45,678 bases of DNA from a virus (IMGVR_UViG_3300048819_000105:1-45678); one strand, 5' to 3'; shown: positions 1 to 9,032, counted from the stretch's first letter. Program-made: numbers and translations. Notes: generated by a model not told the origin, from the sequence alone.

Positions 1-194
1 CGGTGAATTACATCAGGGGCGGCACGGTGAATTACATCAGGGGCGGCACGGTGAATGACATCAGGGGCGGCACGGTGAATGACATCAGGGGCGGCACGGT
101 GAATGACATCAGGGGCGGCACGGTGAATTACATCAGGGGCGGCACGGTGAATGACATCAGGGGCGGCACGGTGAATGACATCAGGGGCGGCACG
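1..194 (+). repeat. 24-bp coding tandem repeat GGCGGCACGGTGAAT(G/T)ACATCAGG, 8 units, continuing the array at the window end
   Basis: Units are identical except one G/T position. They encode GGTVN(D/Y)IR in the order Y Y D D D Y D D. Confidence 0.95.
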
Positions 195-275
195 ATTAAA
201 ACCGTCCAAAACATTTGGGATCTGGTCATCAAAACCATTTCAAAATCAGTTAAAATACTTGACGACAAAAGATAA
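3..275 (+). CDS. C-terminal part of the octapeptide-repeat protein that starts near 45053 (gene spans the genome junction)
   Basis: Same repeat peptide as the ORF running off the right end. Stop at 273-275, immediately before the ERF ATG at 277. Confidence 0.8.
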   Translation: MNYIRGGTVNYIRGGTVNDIRGGTVNDIRGGTVNDIRGGTVNYIRGGTVNDIRGGTVNDIRGGTIKTVQNIWDLVIKTISKSVKILDDKR

Positions 276-276
276 T

Positions 277-1041
277 ATGAAACCCAACCAGCCGGAAACA
301 GCCGTTGCCATCGTTCCGAAGCATGAAATTGTTCACCATGCGCCAATAGACATTGAGGCGATGTTCAAATATGCGATTGACAAAGGCGCAAATCTTGACG
401 GATTGATGAATGTCCGACGCGAGCTAAATGCCGAGCGGTCTAAAAAGGAATACGATTCCGCTTTATCTGCCTTTCAAGCTGAATGTCCGGTCATCATAAA
501 AAAAGTGAAGGGCGCGACGGGCGCATACAAGTTCGCTCCACTGGATGAAATTATGCCGGTCGTTCAACCGATTTTATCCCGCCACGGATTTTCTTTTTCA
601 ATAACGAGCGAAGTTGAATTGAAGTGGATTAAAGCCTTGTGCAAGGTGACTCACGCGGGGGGTCATTTTGAAATCAGCGAGTTTAAAGTCCCGACCGATG
701 AACGCAATACGATGATGACCGACCCGCAGCGTTACGCCGGTTCTCTTACGTTCGCCAAGCGTTACGCCTTTTGCAATGCTTTTGGAATTATGACCGGCGA
801 CGAGGACAGGGACGCCGCGCGCCAAAAGTCAAAATCAGTCAGCGCAAAAGTGGCGACACCAGCAACGCTCCAATGGTTTCTTGAACAGACGAAGCTGATT
901 CACAAGCAGCTAATCGCCTATGCGATAGACAAGGCGTTAATCATGCCCAACCAGTCGCTTGAAGATTGGCCGCTTGAAAAATGCCCGACGAGCAAAACTG
1001 AACTGGAAGAACTCAAAAAAGAGGTTCAAGACCATGCTTAA
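277..1041 (+). CDS. erf: ERF-family single-strand annealing protein
   Basis: Motif Q..AGSLTFAKRYAFCNAFGIMTGDED matches the ERF G(S/A)xxTYxxRY...GI...D signature; YKFAPLDEI upstream. Start moved to ATG 277. Confidence 0.85.
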   Translation: MKPNQPETAVAIVPKHEIVHHAPIDIEAMFKYAIDKGANLDGLMNVRRELNAERSKKEYDSALSAFQAECPVIIKKVKGATGAYKFAPLDEIMPVVQPILSRHGFSFSITSEVELKWIKALCKVTHAGGHFEISEFKVPTDERNTMMTDPQRYAGSLTFAKRYAFCNAFGIMTGDEDRDAARQKSKSVSAKVATPATLQWFLEQTKLIHKQLIAYAIDKALIMPNQSLEDWPLEKCPTSKTELEELKKEVQDHA

Positions 1042-1990
1042 AAATTGTGTCATCGCGGGCTTGCAGGTCAACAGCGAGGCGTATCACACTCAAAAGGTTG
1101 AGCGCGGGACTCCTAAATTCATAATGTCTCCGTCGTCTCTAAAACTTTTCAATGAATGTCCAGCTCGCTGGATAGCTGGCTACAATCCGCCGGACAGTGA
1201 CGCAAAAGCGTTTGGAAGCCTTTTGGACACGCTCGCGCTAACGCCGTCGCAGTTTCCAGAGCGTTACGCCGTGAAGCCAGCGACCTACAAAGACGCCAAG
1301 ACTGGCGAAGAAAAGCCATTCAACATGAACGCGACCATTTGCAAGACGTGGGCGAGCGAGCAAGAAGGCAAAGTCATCGTGTCCAACGGTGATTATGTCG
1401 AGGCGCAGACAGCCACAAAACGATTGATGGCCGACGAAACGATTGCCGAGCTAATCAACTGCTCGGACAAACAAGTTCACGTCGCTGGCGAGTGGCACGA
1501 CAAGCCAACCAGCCTTGTAATTCCAGTCCAATGCCTGATTGACCTTGCTCCAAAGGCAGATTCGCCATTCCAAAAGTCACTATGCGACCTTAAAACCGTC
1601 CGCAATGCGTCACAGAGGCCGTTTGCGCGTCAGGTTTTCCAATTCGGCTGGCACGTTCAGGCCGCGCTTGACCTCGCGCTCTACGGGGCTGCTACGGGGC
1701 AAGACCGCACTGATTGGCTGTTTGTCGCGCTCGAAAACTATCCGCCATTCCAGACAGGGCGGCGATTGCTGGCAATGGACTTTATTGAAATCGGGCAACA
1801 GACATTCAAACACGCTCTTGGACGCTACGCCAAGTGCCTTAAAACTGGCGTGTGGCCGTCTTACGACCCCGCCGAAGAATTTTCACTTGTGCAGGCCGAG
1901 CCTTGGATGCAATTCGAGGCAATGGGTGAAGCAATGGAGCATCAAGTCGAAGAAGAAATGGCCGAAAACAACGACGTTCCCACCCCATGA
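1034..1990 (+). CDS. PD-(D/E)XK exonuclease, ExoVIII/RecE C-terminal-like (DUF3799-like)
   Basis: MSPSSLK, FGSLLD, CLIDL...DLKT, QAAL motifs; overlaps the ERF stop. Confidence 0.8.
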   Translation: MLKNCVIAGLQVNSEAYHTQKVERGTPKFIMSPSSLKLFNECPARWIAGYNPPDSDAKAFGSLLDTLALTPSQFPERYAVKPATYKDAKTGEEKPFNMNATICKTWASEQEGKVIVSNGDYVEAQTATKRLMADETIAELINCSDKQVHVAGEWHDKPTSLVIPVQCLIDLAPKADSPFQKSLCDLKTVRNASQRPFARQVFQFGWHVQAALDLALYGAATGQDRTDWLFVALENYPPFQTGRRLLAMDFIEIGQQTFKHALGRYAKCLKTGVWPSYDPAEEFSLVQAEPWMQFEAMGEAMEHQVEEEMAENNDVPTP

Positions 1991-1994
1991 TTTT

Positions 1995-2405
1995 ATGACA
2001 CCTGAAACGAAAACTTTGTGTAACAGGCTGCTTGCACTTTATTTTGTTGGACGACCACATGGTAACGACTGCGATTGTTCACATTGTGAAGCATGGGATG
2101 CAATAGAAGCTGTGCCGGAGAGCGCGTTCAATGGATTAAGCCGAGAGCTTGAAGCTGATTTCGATGTGTTGGAGGCGGTAAAGATGACGAACGACGAGGC
2201 CACTCCATCCGGTGGTTCTGCATCGGGCATTGAGGCTCTCGTGTGTGCTGACATCGCAAAGCGACAAGACATCGGGCTGCGGAAATATGGCATGACGCTC
2301 GAAAACAATCCCGCCAAAAGGCTGGAACGGCTACAGCACGCATACGAAGAATCTCTCGACCTTCCGGTCTATCTGCGCTGGGAAATCGAGCAAACCAAAC
2401 GCTAG
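1995..2405 (+). CDS. Hypothetical protein; C-terminal all-alpha NTP-pyrophosphohydrolase (MazG-like) domain, which may start separately at ATG 2184
   Basis: GLRKYGMTL...LQHAYEESLDLPVYL, an acidic EExxD helix motif common in small phage proteins. Confidence 0.5.
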   Translation: MTPETKTLCNRLLALYFVGRPHGNDCDCSHCEAWDAIEAVPESAFNGLSRELEADFDVLEAVKMTNDEATPSGGSASGIEALVCADIAKRQDIGLRKYGMTLENNPAKRLERLQHAYEESLDLPVYLRWEIEQTKR

Positions 2406-2407
2406 AT

Positions 2408-2508
2408 GCAGAACGTGGAACTCTGCGGATCGGCGGGGCGCGAGAAGGCGTCGGCATCGGGTGAGGCTCAATGCGCCCCGTCCGATTCGCAGCAGTGACG
2501 GGTTATAG
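2408..2508 (+). mobile_element. attC-like site 1
   Basis: GCAGAAC (2408-2414) ... imperfect palindrome ACTCTGCGGATCGG/CCGATTCGCAGCAGT with an unpaired base ... GTTATAG (2502-2508). Confidence 0.6.
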
Positions 2509-2546
2509 GTCAACATCAACAAACCAACAAACACGAAAGAAAAAAT

Positions 2547-2732
2547 ATGGGACTCTTTGGAAAACTCATCGGCACTGCGCTCGACGTGGTGACATCACCA
2601 ATCGCCATCGCAAAGGACGTGATACCCGGTGCTGGTGGATATATAGACGGCCACCGCAGTAAGACCGGCGAGAAAATCGAGGAAATCGGCGACGACCTCA
2701 AGGAAGTGCGCGAAGACCTTGAAGACCTCTAA
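2547..2732 (+). CDS. Small hypothetical protein (cassette gene)
   Basis: 61-aa ORF; its stop lies within CTCTAAC, the left end of the next attC-like site. Confidence 0.7.
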   Translation: MGLFGKLIGTALDVVTSPIAIAKDVIPGAGGYIDGHRSKTGEKIEEIGDDLKEVREDLEDL

Positions 2733-2842
2733 CGATTAGCTCACGCATGACCACCGCCGAAATGACAACAACGCTGCCAACGCCGACCGACTCACGCCAA
2801 CCTGAAGGCGCGGTGGACATTGCGTGCAGCGTCTTGTTAGAC
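2727..2842 (+). mobile_element. attC-like site 2
   Basis: CTCTAAC (2727-2733), GCTCACGCA...TGCGTGCAGC arms with an extra-helical base, GTTAGAC (2836-2842). Confidence 0.65.
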
Positions 2843-3571
2843 CCCAAGATCGTGAACTCTGACTGTCTAATCGAAATGCCGACGATGCCCGCGCAATCAG
2901 TGGACGCGATAATCAGCGACCTGCCATACGGGACAACCAAGTGCAAGTGGGACTCTGTGATTCCGTTTGCGCCGATGTGGGCAGAGTTCAAGCGGCTGCT
3001 CAAACCCAATGGCGCAATCATCCTGACGGCAAGCCAGCCATTCACGTCGCTGCTGGTGGTGAGCAATCTGGAAGATTTCAAATACTGCTGGGTGTGGGAA
3101 AAATCCAACCCCAGCAACATCGCAAACTGCAACCGGATGGTGATGAAATATCACGAGGACATCTGCGTGTTCTACGCCAACCAGCCAACCTACAATCCGC
3201 AAAAATGGCAAGGCAAACCAAACCACGGGCGCGGTAAAATGAATGGCACAAGGGCAGGCTCGATACACAATTCGGGTATGCTCTGCATTGATGACTTTTC
3301 GGGCGAGAAACATCCCAAGAGCATCATCAAGATCGAAAATCCAAGAATCAAAGACCAACACCCGACGCAAAAGCCAGTGGAACTCATGCGGTATCTGATA
3401 CGCACCTACACCAATCCCGGCGACACGGTGCTAGACCCGTGCTGCGGTAGCGGGACAACCTGCCTCGCCGCGATGCTGGAAGGCCGGAAATCCATCGGAA
3501 TCGAAAAGGACGAACAATATGCCAAAATCGCAATCAACCGGATTCACGAGGCGCGTGGCCTTGGGGTCTAA
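2747..3571 (+). CDS. N6-adenine/N4-cytosine DNA methyltransferase, beta class
   Basis: Catalytic DLPY precedes HPTQKP and the SAM-binding VLDPCCGSGTT motif. Confidence 0.92.
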   Translation: MTTAEMTTTLPTPTDSRQPEGAVDIACSVLLDPKIVNSDCLIEMPTMPAQSVDAIISDLPYGTTKCKWDSVIPFAPMWAEFKRLLKPNGAIILTASQPFTSLLVVSNLEDFKYCWVWEKSNPSNIANCNRMVMKYHEDICVFYANQPTYNPQKWQGKPNHGRGKMNGTRAGSIHNSGMLCIDDFSGEKHPKSIIKIENPRIKDQHPTQKPVELMRYLIRTYTNPGDTVLDPCCGSGTTCLAAMLEGRKSIGIEKDEQYAKIAINRIHEARGLGV

Positions 3572-3612
3572 CAAAGCGATTATGCCTCACTCAAAATCAA
3601 CCGATTGAAGTT

Positions 3613-3867
3613 ATGGCTTGGAATAAAAAGGCTTACATATTTCAGAAGATACGGAGGCATTACAAGCACAAGGCTCTGGCCGAGTTGATTCCAGAAAATG
3701 AGAGTGTTTTCTATGCGACAAAACCTTCTGCCGACGCAGTTGTAATCATCCGAATCAAAGGCCAGCCACAAATGCAATTCAGCACTTACAAAAACCCATT
3801 TGGAGGCTGGACAATCTCACCGACACTGGCCGGTAAAAAGGTTCAACAGGTTTTGATGCGGGCTTGA
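3613..3867 (+). CDS. Hypothetical protein
   Basis: 84-aa ORF in operon orientation. Confidence 0.55.
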   Translation: MAWNKKAYIFQKIRRHYKHKALAELIPENESVFYATKPSADAVVIIRIKGQPQMQFSTYKNPFGGWTISPTLAGKKVQQVLMRA

Positions 3868-4085
3868 CATTGATTTTATGCGTTTCCCAAAACATTACGG
3901 CAGCGAAGGATTTGACTCGGAAGCCGCCGACCGTCGCGCTGATTGGCGCGAGGAGCAGGCGCGGGAGGCTCAAATCGAAGCCGAGTTGGACTGCCCAAAC
4001 AACCATGCGAAGGTTGTTGATGGAAAATGCGTCACCTGTAAAAAGTGGATTGGGTGATTATCACCTAGAGCCGAAAGGAAAAATT

Positions 4086-4391
4086 ATGACCAACGAACTG
4101 AATAAATCTGTGGCTGTGTTGAAATCTGTCTGTAATTCGATGGATAAACACGACCTTGTTCGCATCATTGATAGCGGCGAGGGAATTGATGTTGAACTAG
4201 AAGATTTGAAGTCCGTTGTCGAGGCGGCGGGATTGGTGACGGAGTTGGTTGAATGGATTGAAACCAAGTGCCAGCCAAACGCAAATTTTACAGGACAGGG
4301 ACACAATATGTGCATGAGCCAAGACGACCGAGATCATGCCAATAATTTACTCACCCGCGCCAACCAGATTTTAGGAGAGAAACCCAGTTGA
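4086..4391 (+). CDS. Hypothetical protein
   Basis: ATG 4086 follows a GAAAGG SD-like sequence. Confidence 0.6.
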   Translation: MTNELNKSVAVLKSVCNSMDKHDLVRIIDSGEGIDVELEDLKSVVEAAGLVTELVEWIETKCQPNANFTGQGHNMCMSQDDRDHANNLLTRANQILGEKPS

Positions 4392-4459
4392 GCGGAAAAT
4401 GAGTTGAAAAATAGTTGTTGCGATAAATGAGATTATGTGTTTAATTTTACTTGTCAGTG

Positions 4460-4590
4460 GCCGGTGTGAAAACCGCGCTTGTGAGTGTAAGAACGCTGGC
4501 AGATTCAATTTGCCGCTCTGGACGATGCCCGATAAGGGCTATCGGGCTTCCTCACAAAAGCTTTTTCACCCAGAGCGGCTTTTCTTTTCT
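4460..4590 (+). ncRNA. C4/CI-like structured antisense RNA with upstream complementary targets
   Basis: Outer stem 4512-4521/4570-4579, inner stem 4527-4534/4540-4547, then a T-run. Loop elements CTCACAA and TTTTCAC complement upstream TTGTGAG (4479) and GTGAAAA (4466). Confidence 0.55.
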
Positions 4591-4911
4591 GTGATTCGCC
4601 CAGAGGCGAGCAGGACTTCAAAGCACACTCCCGCCATTGGCCGTGTAACCAACGAGAATCGCGTCAGGCGGCTCGCTGGCGAAGGCATGGAGCGCGAGAG
4701 GGCAACCAACGCGCCTAACAAAGCCTCGAAAGAGGGCAATGCCGCCAGTCCACGAAAGCAGACAAGGCTAGTTTGGGCAACCATGAGCCGAGGGCGGAAA
4801 AACTGTGAACGGCATACGGCATACCGAAATGGATGCGCCAACACTGAAATTGTTCCTTGTGATGCAAGGGCAATTTCTGTCCCGACACCGACACCCGAAA
4901 TAGAGGTCAAC

Positions 4912-5442
4912 ATGAGCAAAAGAAAAGATTACAACCGATATTTGCAGTCCGACCACTGGGCGGATTTAAGAAGGCGAAAGTTTTCTGAATCAGGCCGGAA
5001 CTGCAAAAACTGCGGCTCTGTAAAAGTTCCCCATGTTCACCACATAAATTACAGGCATTTGATTGATTGCACATTGGATGATTTACTTGTCTTGTGCAAA
5101 ATCTGTCACGACGACCTTCATTGCGGCGCACAGATTCAAAAGATTGATTTGGCTGGCGTTGAGTTGCAGATGATTCGAGCGATAATTTTCAGCTTCCGAC
5201 TTACAGACGAATATCGGAAGCGTCAGGAAAGACTTGAACGCAGGCGGCTTGGAATAAAGTTGGTTCAGCCAGCAAAAAACGCCGAAGGTAAAAAGCACGG
5301 CAAGATTTTCAGGAAATGTTTGCGCCGTTGCCGGCTCGAAAAGTATTCGGTTGCTTCAATTCAGAATTTCATCGCCGAGGCACAGAAAATTGTCGAGGAA
5401 AGGAATCTACGGAACAGTGTTTTAAGAAGTAATTACAGTTAA
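4912..5442 (+). CDS. HNH endonuclease
   Basis: YLQSDHW, CKNC, HVHHINY, LCKICHDDLH; GAGG upstream of ATG 4912. Confidence 0.8.
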   Translation: MSKRKDYNRYLQSDHWADLRRRKFSESGRNCKNCGSVKVPHVHHINYRHLIDCTLDDLLVLCKICHDDLHCGAQIQKIDLAGVELQMIRAIIFSFRLTDEYRKRQERLERRRLGIKLVQPAKNAEGKKHGKIFRKCLRRCRLEKYSVASIQNFIAEAQKIVEERNLRNSVLRSNYS

Positions 5443-5517
5443 TTTATATGAATTCAGCAACACAGGAACACGCGGCCAATTACGAGAAGCATCTCGCTGA
5501 ATTAAGACAAAGCGCAA

Positions 5518-6495
5518 ATGAATAAAGTATTAAACATTTTAAGCGATGGCGGTGGAGTTCAAACTTCATGCTTGCGGCTTATGGTTGAGGCAGGAGAGGT
5601 TATACCGAGACCAGATTTAAGCGCGTTTGGAGACACGCAAGGCGAGCCAAGAGCAGTTTATGAATGGAGAAAATACATGGTTTCACTTACAACCATTCCG
5701 ATATACGAAGCCAGTTCTGGAAACTTGAAAGAGGATTCCATGAAGATTTTCACCAGTAAAAAGTCAGGCAAGCGTTACATGAAGGGCTTGATTCCTGCGT
5801 TCACCCTTAATGCTGATGGAAGCAAAGGCTTAATGGGTCGGAAATGCACGCCAGATTACAAAATTATTGTTGTCGTAAGGCAGGCGCGGAAAATGATTGG
5901 AAAGGTTAAATTTAAGGAGTGGAGAGCCAAGCATAAGGCGGCATTAAAGCAGATTTCAGAATATAAAAAATCACTGGCAGAACACAAAAAAGCAAAGAAG
6001 TTAAAATTATCAATCCTCCCGGTTGTTTTGCCTTATCCAATGGCCGCAATGGATGAATGTAAAACCGACGCGCTTTGCATAATGTGGATTGGCATTTCAA
6101 CTGACGAAGCTGACAGAATGAAAGACTCCCAAGAGCCATGGATTAAAACTAGGTGGCCATTGATTGAGAAGAATATGTCGCGGCAAGATTGCTTGGATTG
6201 GGTGAAGAAAAACGGACACCCCGAACCGCCGCGTTCCGCCTGCATTTTTTGTCCGTTCCATTCTGACGATGAGTGGATAAGGATTAAAAAAGAAACGCCG
6301 GAAGAATTTCAGGAGGTTGTGCAATACGAACGAGACTTGCAGGCCGCGCAAAGAAACCAAGAGCAGCTTCGCGGCGTGCCGTTTTTACACGACACTTGCG
6401 TTCCCATTGACCAAGTTAAATTTATCCCGACAGAGAAAGGGAGAAAGCAAATTTCTCTTTTCTCAAACGAATGTAACGGACTTTGCGGCGTATGA
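5518..6495 (+). CDS. PAPS-reductase-like / PP-loop adenine nucleotide alpha-hydrolase protein
   Basis: N-terminal SDGGGVQTS PP-loop variant, GISTDE..R, WPL, PPRSACIFCPF, terminal CNGLCG. Confidence 0.75.
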   Translation: MNKVLNILSDGGGVQTSCLRLMVEAGEVIPRPDLSAFGDTQGEPRAVYEWRKYMVSLTTIPIYEASSGNLKEDSMKIFTSKKSGKRYMKGLIPAFTLNADGSKGLMGRKCTPDYKIIVVVRQARKMIGKVKFKEWRAKHKAALKQISEYKKSLAEHKKAKKLKLSILPVVLPYPMAAMDECKTDALCIMWIGISTDEADRMKDSQEPWIKTRWPLIEKNMSRQDCLDWVKKNGHPEPPRSACIFCPFHSDDEWIRIKKETPEEFQEVVQYERDLQAAQRNQEQLRGVPFLHDTCVPIDQVKFIPTEKGRKQISLFSNECNGLCGV

Positions 6496-6878
6496 GCGAA
6501 TCACTCCAAACCTACCACGACTGCTTCTGCAAATGCACCGGCCACGAATTGAATTTTCAGGTTCAATCCCGCCGCTGGTTTGAGTTTCAAAAGGCTGGCT
6601 ACACCGTCGAGGATTTGAGAATCACTTTGGAGCATTTGAAGGCGAGCAACCGAAAGAACGATTTCAAATACTCACTCAAGATTCACAACGTCATTGGAGA
6701 TTTGGAGAAATTTGATTCGATATGTGGTGAAGCAAAAGCCATAGAGCGTAACAGACGGCCTAAACCAACGAATCGAGAAGCCGTTTTGCAATCATTCAGT
6801 CCGACGATTGGCGAGACGAAGGGGAGTGGAAATATGCGTCATGTGAACGAGATATTTGTTAAACCGCCGATGAATTAA
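6492..6878 (+). CDS. Hypothetical protein
   Basis: ATGA overlap with the upstream stop. Confidence 0.6.
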   Translation: MSESLQTYHDCFCKCTGHELNFQVQSRRWFEFQKAGYTVEDLRITLEHLKASNRKNDFKYSLKIHNVIGDLEKFDSICGEAKAIERNRRPKPTNREAVLQSFSPTIGETKGSGNMRHVNEIFVKPPMN

Positions 6879-6883
6879 AAATT

Positions 6884-7111
6884 ATGAAGAAAATAAAAGA
6901 TAAGCCAGCAACATTAGCCGACCAAATTAAGGTCATCGAAAGAATGATTAAAATGTATGAGGGTTCATACAAGGACGGCATTGGGAAATACAAGGGTCAA
7001 ATTAGACCCAGTGAGCCGCGCAGGGAATACATTGCGCTAAAGGCGGCTTGGACAACGCTAGATAAAATCTGGCATTTGGGCGAAGTGACGAAGAACACCT
7101 TAACCAACTGA
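6884..7111 (+). CDS. Hypothetical protein
   Basis: Tight operon spacing. Confidence 0.6.
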   Translation: MKKIKDKPATLADQIKVIERMIKMYEGSYKDGIGKYKGQIRPSEPRREYIALKAAWTTLDKIWHLGEVTKNTLTN

Positions 7112-7128
7112 CAAAGGAGAAATAGAGT

Positions 7129-7362
7129 ATGAAAACAGCCATTGAATTTTGTGGAAATTTAGCCGTCTTGGTTGACTTGAAAGATTGGAAAGGCATTGAG
7201 AGGGCTGTAACCGAGAGGGATTTAGAAGCCAAGAAAGAGGGGATGAAGATTGCCGCAAAAGAAATAATGTGCGTCAAAGGCGAGAATTGCGACGAGGATG
7301 TTTGCGACCGTCGCGACCACGCAAAAGAGATTCTGTCAGCCGCAGAAAAATTAACCGCCTGA
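7129..7362 (+). CDS. Hypothetical protein
   Basis: AAGGAG SD upstream. Confidence 0.6.
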   Translation: MKTAIEFCGNLAVLVDLKDWKGIERAVTERDLEAKKEGMKIAAKEIMCVKGENCDEDVCDRRDHAKEILSAAEKLTA

Positions 7363-7371
7363 TTAGATTTT

Positions 7372-7587
7372 ATGAAAATTAAATGGCAACCAATTTCAAC
7401 CGCGCCGACTGATGGCACTCGAATAACTGGAAGAATCCAGCATCGAAACAGCCAGTCAATAATTCTGCGCTCTCAATACCTGACAACTTGGTATGGAAAA
7501 GCATCGCACATTCCGCTTTACGGATGGTGTCATGGGCGCGTGGAAAATGTTGACCTGTGGCAACCGACGCATTGGAGGCCGCTATGA
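7372..7587 (+). CDS. DUF551-like small phage protein
   Basis: WQPISTAPTDGT ... PTHWRPL signature. Confidence 0.75.
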   Translation: MKIKWQPISTAPTDGTRITGRIQHRNSQSIILRSQYLTTWYGKASHIPLYGWCHGRVENVDLWQPTHWRPL

Positions 7588-7781
7588 CCGACGACAATTC
7601 ATTTGGCTATACGACGGACAAAGGCTTTCCGCATACGATGGCTGCGTCAACCAGCATTGAGCCTGATTGCGCCATTGAAAAAGCGTTTGAGCGCGTTAAA
7701 GAGGCGCGTAAAAAGAAAATCCGTGAACATTATCGGAAAAAGGAAAACGAGCGCAACTGGCGAAGTCCCGTGAAAGATTGA
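7584..7781 (+). CDS. Hypothetical protein
   Basis: ATGA overlap with GGAGG SD. Confidence 0.55.
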   Translation: MTDDNSFGYTTDKGFPHTMAASTSIEPDCAIEKAFERVKEARKKKIREHYRKKENERNWRSPVKD

Positions 7782-7784
7782 CCT

Positions 7785-8060
7785 GTGAAACCAAAATTCT
7801 ATCTTTCAAAGATTCCAGCCGGAAGAAAAACGAACAGGATTCGCGGGGCAATCCTTGGATTCATCCGCGAATTTATCCGCGCTCGCCATATCATAACATG
7901 GGAAAGCATTTCACCCCCGCTGGCACACAGGCAGGCATTGCACGCCCTCAACCTGCTTAAAAAGAATGGCGAATTGAAGATAACCAAGGCCGGAAAGCGC
8001 GGCAGGATTGATTCTAGGCCGACCGTGTATTCAACAACTGACATTCCGGCAGCGAGATGA
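7785..8060 (+). CDS. Hypothetical basic protein, possible winged-HTH
   Basis: ALNLLKKNGELKIT..GKRG..PTVY resembles a wHTH wing. Confidence 0.45.
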   Translation: MKPKFYLSKIPAGRKTNRIRGAILGFIREFIRARHIITWESISPPLAHRQALHALNLLKKNGELKITKAGKRGRIDSRPTVYSTTDIPAAR

Positions 8061-8064
8061 TTTT

Positions 8065-8280
8065 ATGAGCGCGAACGGCAAAAAATACTGGCGTCCTGAT
8101 ATTCGTGGAGACCGCTATCCAATGGTCGAGACAAAGCTGCATCATTGCCTCACGCCGCGTTGCCGCCGGACGGTGAGCAAGGAGAAGGAAAAATCACCTT
8201 TTTGCTGGCGTTGCAGGTTCAAAATCAGGATGAACACCAATCCTCGAAACCGAATGGCAACAAATCGCTCTTTGGGTTGA
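8065..8280 (+). CDS. Hypothetical Cys-containing protein, possibly truncated
   Basis: CLTPRC...CWRC. Confidence 0.45.
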   Translation: MSANGKKYWRPDIRGDRYPMVETKLHHCLTPRCRRTVSKEKEKSPFCWRCRFKIRMNTNPRNRMATNRSLG

Positions 8281-8427
8281 GAAGAAAATTCCAAAGAACA
8301 AACTTCATGCTTACATTTGGTTTATGACAAAGCTGAATTACAAATCATCAAGTGAAGTGGATAATCTTTACAGTGTAATCAATGCTAACTACGCCACCCG
8401 CGCGACCGCAATGAAGGAGTCTGGGTT

Positions 8428-8601
8428 ATGACACTAAAATTATCAAACGCACTTGCTGATTTTCTGCAAAAGCAGAAATTATTAAATCATCAAATCGGCA
8501 TGGACGTTATTTCTACTCGTGTCGAAGAAATGGCAACGGAAGCCAATCATGCGATAACTAAACTACAAGACTTGCTAGACATCGAACCCATTGATAAATA
8601 A
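8428..8601 (+). CDS. Small hypothetical protein (57 aa, below the ORF track cutoff)
   Basis: AAGGAG SD; MTLKLSNALADF...IEPIDK stop. Confidence 0.55.
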   Translation: MTLKLSNALADFLQKQKLLNHQIGMDVISTRVEEMATEANHAITKLQDLLDIEPIDK

Positions 8602-8634
8602 AACCGCAATGAAGGAAGCGAGGATTAAAGTTTT

Positions 8635-9018
8635 ATGAATACAATACTATCAGTCAAGCAAGCACAGGAACAAAACGTATGCCGGATTTGTAAAAAGGAC
8701 GTAACAGTAATAAATCCCGACAACCCTTTAATTCTTAATTTTGGAGACGAGTATGCCCATAAAAATTGTTTGCCACAACCCACAACCACCCCAACAATAG
8801 AGACGGATGCTATCGTCCGTCCATTTTATGGAATGGATGTTTCAACTGAAGAAGCGTCTGCTTTATTAGACCACGCCCGCAAACTAGAACCTGAACGGGA
8901 TTCCAAAACGGCAGCTTTGGAAATGATTCTGAAAATAATTGATTCGTCCAAGCACGTTGACCCGCTGACTGATATTCATAATCTGGTTAAAAAAGCACTT
9001 GAAATCCAGCCGAAATAG
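8635..9018 (+). CDS. Hypothetical protein
   Basis: GAGG SD; CRIC...HKNC. Confidence 0.6.
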   Translation: MNTILSVKQAQEQNVCRICKKDVTVINPDNPLILNFGDEYAHKNCLPQPTTTPTIETDAIVRPFYGMDVSTEEASALLDHARKLEPERDSKTAALEMILKIIDSSKHVDPLTDIHNLVKKALEIQPK

Positions 9019-9026
9019 CCTATGCT
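8999..9026 (+). promoter_or_regulatory. Sigma70-like promoter for the HNH module
   Basis: TTGAAA-N16-TATGCT. Confidence 0.45.
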
Positions 9027-9032
9027 AATTTC

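Noticed and set aside
1-194. 24-bp repeats as a CRISPR array or DGR template/variable pair
   Set aside because: There are no spacers, the repeats are in frame in a CDS, the only variation is G/T rather than at adenines, and no reverse transcriptase is present.
4435-4911. N-terminal 159 aa of the 335-aa ORF
   Set aside because: It overlaps a structured RNA and terminator-like run; the HNH domain and an SD point to ATG 4912.
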